From the NCBI GenBank assembly GCA_944358675.1, contig CALVRN010000003.1:3163-67162 (forward strand): a stretch of 64,000 nt of DNA, read 5' to 3'. A model generated the notes under the pieces. That model was given only the letters and a program-made list of their open reading frames with translations. It had not been told where the DNA came from and ran no database searches. The position numbers and the translations under genes are program-made. Source of the DNA: an uncultured Bacilli bacterium. Lineage in GTDB: Bacteria > Bacillota_I > Bacilli_A > RF39 > UBA660. Positions 38,165-49,100 of this stretch are shown in pieces (positions within the stretch are counted from its first letter, which is position 1; every line of letters starts with the position of its first letter).

Positions 38165-39190
38165 TTATTCAGTTGCGGTTGTTAGTTGAAGGTCAAAGGT
38201 GATTTTTCCACCTGATGCGTTGTTTTCACAGTCGACATCTTGTCCTTCAATCCACATATAAACTCTAACTTTTGTTACACCTTTTTCAAGGTTTATTAAT
38301 GCTTGATTTTCATCAAATCCAGTTTCAGTTTTAATTGCTGGAGTTACTGTTTGGAATAATGTAGCATTATTACTACCAGTACTTGTTCCATCATGTTTAG
38401 CTTGTCCTAAAGTAATACCTTCTTCTGTTCCAAAGGCAGCTTTAATACCATCATAGGTTACAGCAGCATTTCCTGTACCTTGATTTACGGTTACACCATA
38501 AACATCACGGGCGTTAGCAACACCATAAGCTGTATGATCATCATAGTTTGGTTCCCAAATTGTTACTGGTGAAGCAGCCCCATCATTAATTGATTGAAGG
38601 GATGATACTGATTCACCACTATCTTTGTTACCTAGTACAACAAAGGCAACTCTGGTAGCATTTTTAATACCTTTATCATTATCATCAGCAAAAGTAATAC
38701 CTGAATTTGAAGTTAAATAAATTTGAGCAGCTTCTTCTGTTCTTAAGAAGATATCATAAGCAACGAAAGCTCCTGATGCTGTAGTGTTGGTTTCAGTAGA
38801 TTTAGAAGCAGATAAGACAAAATCTCCTCCATCGTCTGCTGTTACGGTTCCTAGGAACATTTCCATTTTTCCAGTACTATCTACAGTTCCTACAGATGAA
38901 ACTGGTTCAATAGTTGCTGGAATTTGGTTAACGGCTGCGGTATATGTTCCGCTAGCACTTGTTAAATCTGATACATCCAAAATTGATTTCCAGTTTTGAG
39001 CATCAGCTGATATTTGTAAACCACTTTTAGCTGTAACGTTTACATCAATTGGGTTTACAGATACTGTTTTATTGGCTGTAAACCAAGCATAAGTTGCAGT
39101 TCCAAAAATTATACCTGTTCCAATCATTAAAAATAATAGTAATAAAACTCTTCTTTGTTTTCTTTTTTGTGTTTTTTTCTTTTTTTCCAT
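38165..39190 (-). CDS. SipW-cognate secreted protein, candidate major fibre subunit (paralog of 50321..51307)
   Basis: 341 aa. Signal ...LFLMIGTGIIFGTATYAWFTANKTVSV (TasA-class motif). Ala/Thr/Gly/Ser-rich beta-type composition. C-terminal RVYMWIEGQDVDCENNASGGKITFDLQL shared with the paralog. Own promoter and terminator. Confidence 0.7.
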   Translation of the reverse strand: MEKKKKTQKRKQRRVLLLLFLMIGTGIIFGTATYAWFTANKTVSVNPIDVNVTAKSGLQISADAQNWKSILDVSDLTSASGTYTAAVNQIPATIEPVSSVGTVDSTGKMEMFLGTVTADDGGDFVLSASKSTETNTTASGAFVAYDIFLRTEEAAQIYLTSNSGITFADDNDKGIKNATRVAFVVLGNKDSGESVSSLQSINDGAASPVTIWEPNYDDHTAYGVANARDVYGVTVNQGTGNAAVTYDGIKAAFGTEEGITLGQAKHDGTSTGSNNATLFQTVTPAIKTETGFDENQALINLEKGVTKVRVYMWIEGQDVDCENNASGGKITFDLQLTTATE

Positions 39191-39220
39191 CTCTCTATAC
39201 CCTTTCTATATTCTATCAAG

Positions 39221-39249
39221 ATTTTATCACAGTTTTTGACAATTTTCAA
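39221..39249 (-). promoter_or_regulatory. strong promoter for the 341-aa gene: TTGAAA - 17 nt - (TGa)TAAAAT
   Basis: On the minus strand, TTGAAA is the reverse complement of 39244-39249, followed by a 17-nt spacer. TGATAAAAT extended -10 is the reverse complement of 39221-39229. It lies about 30 nt upstream of the GAAAGGG RBS/ATG. Confidence 0.55.
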
Positions 39250-39274
39250 CAATATTTGCAATGTTACATTTATT

Positions 39275-39835
39275 TTACATTTGTTTTGAATCTATATAAA
39301 TAGTCGCACTTTCTAAAAGGTCCTGATATTCCGATGATTTATACTGCTCAGGGAAATTTACAACTAATTTATAATTATCAGTTTGCTTTACATCGTGTGT
39401 AAAGTTTTTTTTAGGTGTATGGAATTTATAAAAATACATTCCATCTTCATCTTGATATATTTCTTTACTTGTAATTATATTATCCGTGCTATCGGATAAA
39501 TAGATTTCATATTCAACTGGTAAATTAGTGGTTGTTACTAAAGTTAATTCATATTCTAAATCTACTTCACTAGTTTTATTATCTTTAAAGTTAGATACAT
39601 TTATGCTATAAACATAGTCTTGTCCATCTGGCGCTATTTCAAACATTTTTATATCTTCACTTTGGGTTTTTGTGTCTAAAACATAAAATGCGATATCAAG
39701 GTTTGCTTTACCTTTTCCGTCTGTTTGAAATGATGAAAAGGTTCTACCTAGTATTAATAATATAAATATTAAAACAAGGACAATGGTTATACGATTAAAT
39801 TTTATAAATTTTTTCTTATCAATCATTTTTTTCAT
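39275..39835 (-). CDS. secreted protein with SipW-cognate signal (module C cargo)
   Basis: 186 aa. ...LIFILLILGRTFSSFQTDGKGKANLDIA (compare TasA ...WAAFNDIKS). Overlaps the upstream sipW by 17 nt. Confidence 0.6.
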   Translation of the reverse strand: MKKMIDKKKFIKFNRITIVLVLIFILLILGRTFSSFQTDGKGKANLDIAFYVLDTKTQSEDIKMFEIAPDGQDYVYSINVSNFKDNKTSEVDLEYELTLVTTTNLPVEYEIYLSDSTDNIITSKEIYQDEDGMYFYKFHTPKKNFTHDVKQTDNYKLVVNFPEQYKSSEYQDLLESATIYIDSKQM

Positions 39836-40400
39836 CCTTTTTTAATAAAATACCAGAGTAATATATTCCAAAATCGTCATCTTTAGATAATTTCTTTTTA
39901 CCTGTATATGAGAATGCAAGTGAGAAAAGAAATAGTGTAATACATATTAAAGCAATTATTTTAGGTGTAGTTATTACTTTATACCAAACACCAAAGTTAG
40001 GTAGTATTTTTATTACTTTACCAATAATTTGAGTTTCAGCTATACTACCATCTGCATCGTTATTGGCATCTCCTTTGGTTATATATGTATTACCATTTTT
40101 AGATATTAATCTATGAGTAACTAAACTTTCTCCATCATCATATGTAATAATATCATTTTCTGATACATCTTTGGTTACTTTAACTAATATTAAATCGTTA
40201 GTTGTAATTTCTGGAGCCATACTGTTACTGGCTATTTGAAAGACTGTATATGAAAATATACTGACATATTTATGATTTAGTATTTTGAGGTTAATAAAAG
40301 CGTATAAGACAATTAATAAAATAATGCCTAAAATTACTAGTAAAATATTACTAATAACTTTTAAAGTTTTATATAAAACTTCTTTTTTCACTTTCACCAC
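39819..40400 (-). CDS. sipW: signal peptidase I, SipW type (catalytically intact)
   Basis: 193 aa. SNSMAP catalytic Ser, VTHRLIS His, TKGDANNDADG. N- and C-terminal TM. Confidence 0.8.
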   Translation of the reverse strand: MVKVKKEVLYKTLKVISNILLVILGIILLIVLYAFINLKILNHKYVSIFSYTVFQIASNSMAPEITTNDLILVKVTKDVSENDIITYDDGESLVTHRLISKNGNTYITKGDANNDADGSIAETQIIGKVIKILPNFGVWYKVITTPKIIALICITLFLFSLAFSYTGKKKLSKDDDFGIYYSGILLKKDEKND

Positions 40401-40404
40401 CTCT

Positions 40405-40971
40405 TTACTCTATGTACTGATTAAAATTAATACTAATTGGTATTTCTATTTGACTATTTTCATCTAGGCCTAACTGAGAATCACTTTCGTTATATTCTTC
40501 TGAATCAGTCCAGCTGAATGTTACTTTAATCATATCTGTTTTACCATTTTGAATATCATTCAAAGTAATGATTTTACTATATGTATCATTTTCTTTGGTT
40601 AAAACTGTACCATTAATTCCTTCAATACTATCTATTTTTATTTGTGGATATGTATCTGTAAGATCAATGTTTAAGAAATACTCGATGGCGACATCTGTAT
40701 CTTTAGGGTCTATTTCTAAAATAAATTCACCTTTGGAGCCAGGAGCAAATTTACCATCACTGACTTTTCCATTATTGGTATAGGTGATGTTATCGACATA
40801 GAAAGTACTATCTACACCAAGATCATAATCATTGACATAAATGTGCCATTTAGCAATTTTTAAATCATTTTCACTTTGGATATTGCTTTCAAAAACAGCT
40901 AAAGAGGATGCGAGTTCAAAGATTGTTAAACCTAAAAACAAACATCCTATAATGATAAATAATTTTTTCAT
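40405..40971 (-). CDS. secreted protein with SipW-cognate signal (module D cargo); paralog of 31326..31910
   Basis: 188 aa. Signal ...LFLGLTIFELASSLAVFESNIQS. Shared blocks are listed under the 31326..31910 entry. Confidence 0.65.
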   Translation of the reverse strand: MKKLFIIIGCLFLGLTIFELASSLAVFESNIQSENDLKIAKWHIYVNDYDLGVDSTFYVDNITYTNNGKVSDGKFAPGSKGEFILEIDPKDTDVAIEYFLNIDLTDTYPQIKIDSIEGINGTVLTKENDTYSKIITLNDIQNGKTDMIKVTFSWTDSEEYNESDSQLGLDENSQIEIPISINFNQYIE

Positions 40972-41492
40972 TCTTCATCTAATGGGGTTTTTAGTTCTAT
41001 AATGAAACGATATATTTCATAAAGTAATAATAGTAATGTTGGTAAAACAATTATAAGCAAGAATCCAAAACGAGATTCTAAGAATCCTAATACTTTTCCA
41101 ACATTGTTATAAACTGTAGTTGTTTCAGTTTTACCGATTAAACTAGCACTTGATATATCGTGATTATCATTAATAGTAAATGTTCTTTCGGTATCAGTTA
41201 TAACTTCAACGTTGGTTACAGTACCAAGATTAATGCTTGGAATACCATTAGTTACTTCATAAAATAGTATTTCATCACCATTTTTTATTTCACTGATGTC
41301 GTTTTGTTTTACAACTAATAAATCCCCTTCTTTATATGGCTGTAATTCATCTTCGACAATGATTAAACTATTTCCAAGCATTACGGTTATATTATAATCA
41401 TTGTAATTTAATAAAAATGCGGTAAGAATTATAACGAGTGCGAGATAAACTGTACATATAATTCCAAATAAAACTTTTAAAACTTTTTTCAT
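40968..41492 (-). CDS. SipW-like signal-peptidase homolog lacking the catalytic Ser/His (pseudo-peptidase)
   Basis: 174 aa. GNSLII in place of SGSMxP. INLGTV in place of THRV. TINDNHD in place of TKGDNN. N- and C-terminal TM retained. Overlaps its cargo gene by 4 nt. Confidence 0.55.
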   Translation of the reverse strand: MKKVLKVLFGIICTVYLALVIILTAFLLNYNDYNITVMLGNSLIIVEDELQPYKEGDLLVVKQNDISEIKNGDEILFYEVTNGIPSINLGTVTNVEVITDTERTFTINDNHDISSASLIGKTETTTVYNNVGKVLGFLESRFGFLLIIVLPTLLLLLYEIYRFIIELKTPLDEE

Positions 41493-41538
41493 ATTTTCTA
41501 TACTCCTTTTATTATAATTTTATCATATTCTAAATTAT

Positions 41539-43053
41539 TTAGATAGTTTTTTCCTGTATCTTTTTAAAGCTTTCAATATTTTTTAAGGTTTCGCTAGAAA
41601 TATTTAAGGTTTTTAATTGGTAATTTATAATAACAGTGTTTAGATTATCAATTAAAGTTTTTAGATTATTTTCTTCTAGCATGTCTTTAGTTAAATTAAT
41701 ACCAAAAATTCGGTAATTGTTTACAATAACGGTGGCTAAATCCTTCTCTTCTAAAATAGTTGTGTTATTAATTAAATTGTTATTTGGATTTAATGTGAAA
41801 TAATATAAGTCATTAATTTGTTTGTTTAATGATTCTTCATCTGTTTTATCAAAATGTTTTGCTAGTAAACTATAATACTGACAAGATAATAACAAGGCTT
41901 TAAATATCGTGGAATTATCTTTTAAATTTTGTTTGATGATGACTTTAAACATATTTTCATCTATTTCATCATAAATTGTTTTTATTTCGTTTATAATATT
42001 TTCGGCTTCTAATTCAAATTTATTAACTTTAGTTTTTTTATTTGAACTAATGGTTTTTTTATTTAATTTAAATAATTTTTTTTCTAATTTTCTGATTTTT
42101 TTAAATCTTATTTCTAAAAAACTTTTTTCTAAGGTTTCATTATATAATGTTTTGATAGTATCTATTAGTTTAGAATATTTTAAATAATTTTGATATTCTT
42201 CTAAAGTGTTTTTTAATTTTTTTATGATGGTAATTAAATCTTCTCTTTTTTCCAAAGTTAAGTTATCTAAAATTGTATTTACTTTATCATCTGAATAGTT
42301 ATCAATTAATAAATTACCACTTACAAATTCATGAATTAGATTGTTTTTATCGTTTAATTTTTCATTTTCTAATTTTTCTCTTAAATAAGCGTAATCATCT
42401 ATTAGATTTTTTTCACCATCTTTGAATTGGGATAACATTATTTTGCAGTTTTTTTGAATGTGTTTTTTTAATTTATCTTCATTTTTAAAGTATAGAAAAC
42501 GAAGATTGAATTCTAATTGCATAATGATATTTGGACATTTCCAATATATGTTTTCAAATGATTTTTTTAAATTTTCATTTTGCATGTCACTACGATATTT
42601 GAAAAACATATACATGTATTCATTAACAAATCTGGTGTAGTTGAAATCATCACTTGTAATATTAATTCCAGATAATTCAAATATATTAATAGCTGATGAG
42701 ATTTTGCTATTTATTTGATTAAAGTCTTCGCTGGCAAAACCTGAAAGTAAAAATACTATTTTATCTAATTTTAATTTTTCATAAGGTGTATTTAAATTAC
42801 TTGTATACATTAAGGCTTTAGCAAAGCTATCTATACTTTTTTCTTCATTTGAATAGTCAGTGGCGGGAACTTCAAAATATGGATTTAATCTATTTTGAAG
42901 TTCTTGATATATTTGATCTTTAGTAGTTTCATATGAATCAATTATTTTTTGAACTTCTTCTATATAATGTTTTTTGTTTTTTTCGTTATTTATAGGAAGA
43001 CTGCCTATTACTTCTTTATGAAGGTTGAAGTCTTTTTCTAATTTTTCAAGCAT
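41539..43053 (-). CDS. cytoplasmic coiled-coil hypothetical protein
   Basis: About 505 aa. The track starts at GTG 43062; ATG 43053 with an AGGTGAG RBS is the more likely start. Lys/Glu/Asn-rich, predicted coiled coils, no known motif. Confidence 0.5.
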   Translation of the reverse strand: MLEKLEKDFNLHKEVIGSLPINNEKNKKHYIEEVQKIIDSYETTKDQIYQELQNRLNPYFEVPATDYSNEEKSIDSFAKALMYTSNLNTPYEKLKLDKIVFLLSGFASEDFNQINSKISSAINIFELSGINITSDDFNYTRFVNEYMYMFFKYRSDMQNENLKKSFENIYWKCPNIIMQLEFNLRFLYFKNEDKLKKHIQKNCKIMLSQFKDGEKNLIDDYAYLREKLENEKLNDKNNLIHEFVSGNLLIDNYSDDKVNTILDNLTLEKREDLITIIKKLKNTLEEYQNYLKYSKLIDTIKTLYNETLEKSFLEIRFKKIRKLEKKLFKLNKKTISSNKKTKVNKFELEAENIINEIKTIYDEIDENMFKVIIKQNLKDNSTIFKALLLSCQYYSLLAKHFDKTDEESLNKQINDLYYFTLNPNNNLINNTTILEEKDLATVIVNNYRIFGINLTKDMLEENNLKTLIDNLNTVIINYQLKTLNISSETLKNIESFKKIQEKTI

Positions 43054-43159
43054 TACTCTCACCTGCTTTTTTTAATTGTTCTAGCTCTTTTAGATATGAA
43101 ATGATTTGATTATAAGCTTCAATTAATTCTTTTGTTTCTATTTCTTTCATATGACCCTC

Positions 43160-46100
43160 CTATTTTATTATAACATATTCTTCACAATCTCCTATATAAA
43201 CATCTCCATCATATAGACTAAAGACAAATTTATATGTTCCACTAACTAAATTTTCTTTTAAGTATAGTGATTTATTTAAGTTATCTAAAGGATTTTCTTC
43301 AAACATGTATGTGTAATCACCTTTGTCAATTAAATTATTGCTGATGTAATCAGTTAAGTTTACTTTGGTATATGTCATGTCATAGACTTCGTTATAGTTT
43401 CTCCTATATAGACTTATTCTAACATTTGGATCTGCTAAATTTGATGAGTATTTCATATTAAATATTAGGGTGTTGTTATTATAATTAGTAAATCCTGTAT
43501 CTTTATCAATTATTTTAAATCGATCGTTTAAGGTTATATCTAATCCAAATCTACTATTAATGATTGTGAATGGTATTTCTGCAACATCCGAAGATTGATA
43601 TCCATAATAGATTCCATCCGGTGAACCAAATGATTCTATTTTCATTGTATAATTACCACTATTTAAATTGGTATTTTTAGTATTTATTTTTAATCTACTA
43701 TATACGTTTGCTACTCTATCGGCTAATGGTATTCTAACACTACCATCCATTCTCGGATAATATGTTACTCCATCTAGTTCATAACTTAAACCTAATAAAC
43801 TACTATTATTTAATTGGTTACCATTACTATCATATATGGTTATTTTAGTACCTAATTTTTTATCATAATAAGTGGTGTCTGTAACGGTAATGCTATTTAC
43901 TATCGGTGATATGAAGTTAGTTGTCAAATCTAAATTAACTGTATCACCAATGTATATTTGATTTTTACTTAAAGTTCCCGATATATCGATAGTAGCGCTT
44001 TGCTTATCATAAAGACTATAAGTCAAATTGGCGTGCTGGATACCTAAAACACTTATTAATGTTTGGTCGTCTTGATTTCGCATTTCCATAAGCAAGGTAT
44101 TGTTTAACATATCACCAGATATATTGGTATCACCAAAATCAACTATAAATATAAATTCTTCATGTAGTATACCTAAGTCTTTATCGTAATACATATTATT
44201 TATGTTTTCTTCATTATAGTTATTATTTGCATTAGTAGATCCCATAGCAATAAAATCACTTAATAAATATGAGCTTTCTTTATATATTTGATATTCATTT
44301 GTGGCTTTAATGACATCTTCATCATTTATAACTTTATAGTAATATACTGGAGAGCTTCCACCTAAATCAATCATGGTTATTTTAGTGTTTTTAGGTAAAA
44401 CATAGTTTGAAACTAAAGCGTGATGATATCCTTCTTTATAATAAGGTTCATCTGTTTCCATATATAGTGAATAATAAGCACTTAATTTTGATTTATTAGT
44501 GATGTTAGTTGAAGTTGAAGCAAATAAATCATATTTTTCTCCTGGTGTCATGGCTCCTTCATATTGATTATCAGTGTATAAGGCACTACTTAAATTTACA
44601 TTTATATTAATTCTGGTTACTTCATTATTTAAGTCATCAATTGGTGTAATAGCTACTAGTGAGATAACTACTGTTCCTAATTTTTTTTCTTGAGTAAGAT
44701 TTTTAGAGTGATATAAGTAAAATATAAAACTTGGAACTGTACTTGAGTTTTCTGATTTGTAATTTGTCGTACCAGATATTGGGGTTTGTTCATCGGTCAT
44801 AAAATTAGTTGATCCAACTGTTACAAATCCACTTTTAGATGATTCCATGGATAAACCCATTTTATTGTCAGCGGTACCTTCAGTATTGATTCTATCTATT
44901 TCATCTGGAGATACTAATTCAAAATCTGATTCAAGGTTCTGATAGTTAAAGCCTAATATTTCAAAAGTCGTATTTGGTTTTGAAGAAGTAACTAGTGGAA
45001 GTTCATAAGTACCTAATGTGGAATATTTTGAGGCTGTTAATGATAATTCATAAGTTGTTACTGTTTCTCCAACAACCCACATATAATAGCTTGCATCGCT
45101 TGGTGTCGGTTCGATGTATTTTACTTCGATTGTTCCTTCATTTTCTTCACTTTCATAGTTACTATAAAAGCCATCTTTTGTTATATCGTGATCTGTTTTA
45201 TGCATGCCTAAAGCGTAACTTCCTGATGTGAAAGCATAAAATTCTCCGGAAGCAACAGTGTCGCCAAAGTCATATTTATTATTATAAAAGGCTGTTAAAA
45301 CTTCACCATTTCTATCTAGTTGATACATTCCAAAGAAGGTCATACCATTTACTTCACCATAGTTGGTGACAGCTTCATTAGTTGCAATGTTTAAGTTTTT
45401 ACCTTCTAACATATATACTCTATTGTTGACATTTTTTGTAACTGTTCCATCATCGTTAATGGTAACCGTGGCTTTTTCTTCTTTATCATCTATTTTTAAG
45501 CTAGAAAATTTTTCTAATAAGTTAGTTCCATTTTCTAAGAATAAGGTACTATTATTGGCTAATTTTAATTCTTTGACACGGCTAATACTGAATTCTACAT
45601 CTGAATATTCGTTTGTTCTATCGGTAGTTCCTGATAGTTTGATGGCTGAATTTTTTATTGTTACAATATCCGCTCTTTGAATTGATATGTTTTCTTTATA
45701 ATTATCAAAGGTTCCATAGTTAGATATATCGATGTAGCTATACCCTTCTGTACTTGAGGCATTACCACTTCCAAAAATAGATCCTGATATATTGAAGTTA
45801 CTATAATTATTGCCATCAATATCAATATTTATTCCTTTAGTAACACTTATAAATGAATAGTCATAGTCTTCATCACCGGCGGCATTGGCTTCTCCACCAC
45901 CGAAGACTGTGCCATCAATTGATATATCACTTTTGATTAGGTTTTCGGTATTGTTACCAATAACTAAATCAACTATCCCATATAATATTGCGGTGTTTGC
46001 TCCTCCATAGACATTTCCATGAATAGTTGCTCCAGCTATTTGGACTTTACTTTCTGAATTGTTTTTTTCTTCTGTACCTGTATTGGCAGCATTTCCACCA

Positions 46101-49100
46101 CCAAAGACATGTTTGCCAACGGTTGTATTATTGTCAATATTTAAAGTGGTGTTGCCATTTACTACAGCACTTGCTCCATTACCGCCAGCATAAATACTGC
46201 TAGAAACATTTGAGTTTGAAACATAGACATTTGTATTACCGTTTACACTTCCTAGGTTACCACCACCAAATAAGTCTCCTTTAATTGATGAGTTTTTAAA
46301 GGTAACGTTGGTATTAGTGTTAATACCAGCTTGGTTTCCACCTCCATAAAAGGCTCCATCCATATCTATGTTATTAACATTTACAGTTGTTTTATCTGTA
46401 ATTGTCATGTTGCCGCCACCATATATATTAGTATAATGTCCGCCGTTTAAGTTAATGTTTGCATCATTAGTAATGCCGCCTAAATTATTTCCACCATATA
46501 AATTTGTAACATTTAAATTTTGTGGATTATTTGATTCAATATTACTTTTAGAAACTTCACCGCTTTGGTTACTACCACCATATATATTAGTTGCTGTTCC
46601 ACTTGTTAGGTTAATATTAGAGGTATCTATTCCAGCATTATTACCTCCTCCAAAAATATTTGTACATGTAGAACCTTCTAAAATTACATTTGATGTATTA
46701 GTATTTGTTTCGTTACCACCACCATAAACATTTTCAATTTGACCATTATATAAATTTACATTTGTTTGATTGGTAACTCCACCTTGATTATTTCCACCAT
46801 ATACATTATTTATTTTAGCGCCATTAATATCTATGTTGGATGTTTTGACATCTCCTTTTTTGTTTGAACCACCATAAACTGAATTAATATTTCCATTTTT
46901 TACATCTATGTTTGTTGATGAAATAATACTGGCTTCTTCTCCACCGCCATAGATATCCCCTATATTTCCATTATTGATTAAAATATTAGAGGTATCAGTA
47001 TCTGTTAGTTTTCCACCACCATATAATGTGGTTACATCTCCACTATTTACAGTGATATCAGATTCTGTTGTTTGGCCACCAACATTATTTCCACCGTATA
47101 AACTTGTGGTTGCCCCTCCGGTGACAATTATTGTACTTGTACTTACATCTCCACTTTGATTACTACCACCAAAGAGATTAGTGACTGTACTACCATTTTG
47201 ATAAACATGGGTATTAGTGACTAAGGTTTGATTTCCTCCACCATAAACATTAGTTACTGTTCCATTATTTAAATAAACAGCAGTCATACCATTTGGCTGT
47301 CCATTAGCATCATTTCCACCATAGACATTAGTGATTTTACCATCATTAATATTTACTGTAGTGTTTCCACCAACATATGGTGTTTGACTAGTACTTCCTT
47401 TAGCACCGCCGAAAACACTATTTATATTTCCACCATTTATATTAATATTTATATTATAATTACTTTGATTAGTTGTTTTACTAGTAGCATTAACGACACC
47501 ATAAGCACTACCACCATAAATAGAACCTGTGACAGTTAAATTGTCACTTGTTGTTTGGATATTAATGTCTTGACTAACATAAGTATCACTACCTAATCCA
47601 CCGCCGTAGACATCTTTTGTTTGTCCACCTGAAAGAGTTATATTAGCACTTCCATAGACTGTTCCTTCTTGGTTACTACCACCATAAATGGAATCTTTGA
47701 CTGTGCCATTTGTCATGGATATGTTGATGCTTGAAGTTACTCTACCGTTTCTACCTGATCCACTATGGTTACCAGATCCAAAGGCCGAACCAATTGTTCC
47801 ACCCAATATTTGAATGTTTGTGTTGCTGGTACCACTGCCACTATAACCAACAGTACCATAGTTTCCACTTCCATAAACATTTTGTTTTACTACTGCCTTA
47901 TCATTAATAATGATATTTGAATTATTTACTGAACCAATAGTAGCATACCTAGTATTACCGTTTCCAGCTCCAAAGACAGAGCCAGATTCAGCTCCCCATA
48001 GGGTTCGGTTGTTATTTATATTGTCATCGGTACCAATGGTGGCTGTTCCACCTATATATACATAGGTATCTCCTGTGATAGCTCCATCAGCATTACCACC
48101 ATCTGTACCGTTACTACCGCCAAAGACACTGTAATTGACTGTTCCACCAGTTACTTGGATTATTCTATTACCATATGTTGTGGTTGTTCCAGCTCCTCCA
48201 AAGATAGCATCAACGCTTCCGCCAGTCATGTAAATAAAGGTATCATTTAATTCTCCTTTAGAATCGGTTTCTTCTGTTAATGGGCCACCATTTAAATTAT
48301 AAATATATCCGCCTTCAACTTTGATACTTCTTGGTGCATAATGTGTTCCACCATAACGGCCTCCAACGTATACACCTGTAGATATATCTAATTTACTGGT
48401 TCCAAAGCTACCGCTTTTAATATTGGTGTTTAAAGCGGAAATTAATGTATCATTTGATGAATGAATTCGCCCAGACCAACTTCCAGATGCACAATAATAA
48501 ACAGATAATTTATCATTGTTTTGGGTTACTCTATCATAATCATTTCCATATACAGTTATTTGTTCAACATATAAGATTGTACTTCTTGAGCTTGTAGATG
48601 CACCATATGTGGAAGATGTAGAGTTATATTTTCCAGATTCTACTTCTAATTTATATTTTTTGGGATTACTAGCTGATCCTATTGTAGTATTTCCCCATAT
48701 ACTACCACTTTCAGCATTGGCACCTATAATTGATACGAAGTTAACATTATTACCACTTTGTTTTATATTTCTTCCTAATTTAACATTGAAATAATTTCCA
48801 TAGAAAACTCTTCTAGTATTACTATTATTAGATGGGTCAGTGTTAGCATTTCCTGTTCCACCATTGATTGTTAATTCTTCTATTCTTGTATCGTTATAAC
48901 ATGTAACACCAGTATTATTAACATTCCATGTTGCATTATAATCATGGCCATTATAAATGCCGGTTAAGGTAAATGGTTTAGTGTTTGAGCTAGACCAAGT
49001 ACTAGATGTATTTCCAGTCATAACGACTAAATTGGTATCTCTTGTAGTTAAGTAATAATAAGTTTCATCTTTATTGTATAATTCTTCTGTACCATTATTA

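Noticed and set aside
45900-48300. Possibility that the regular short repeats are a CRISPR array or satellite
   Set aside because: The repeats are in-frame codon repeats (YGG(G/S/N)N rungs) inside one continuous 7.1-kb ORF, with no unique spacers. They are coding beta-helix repeats, not CRISPR.
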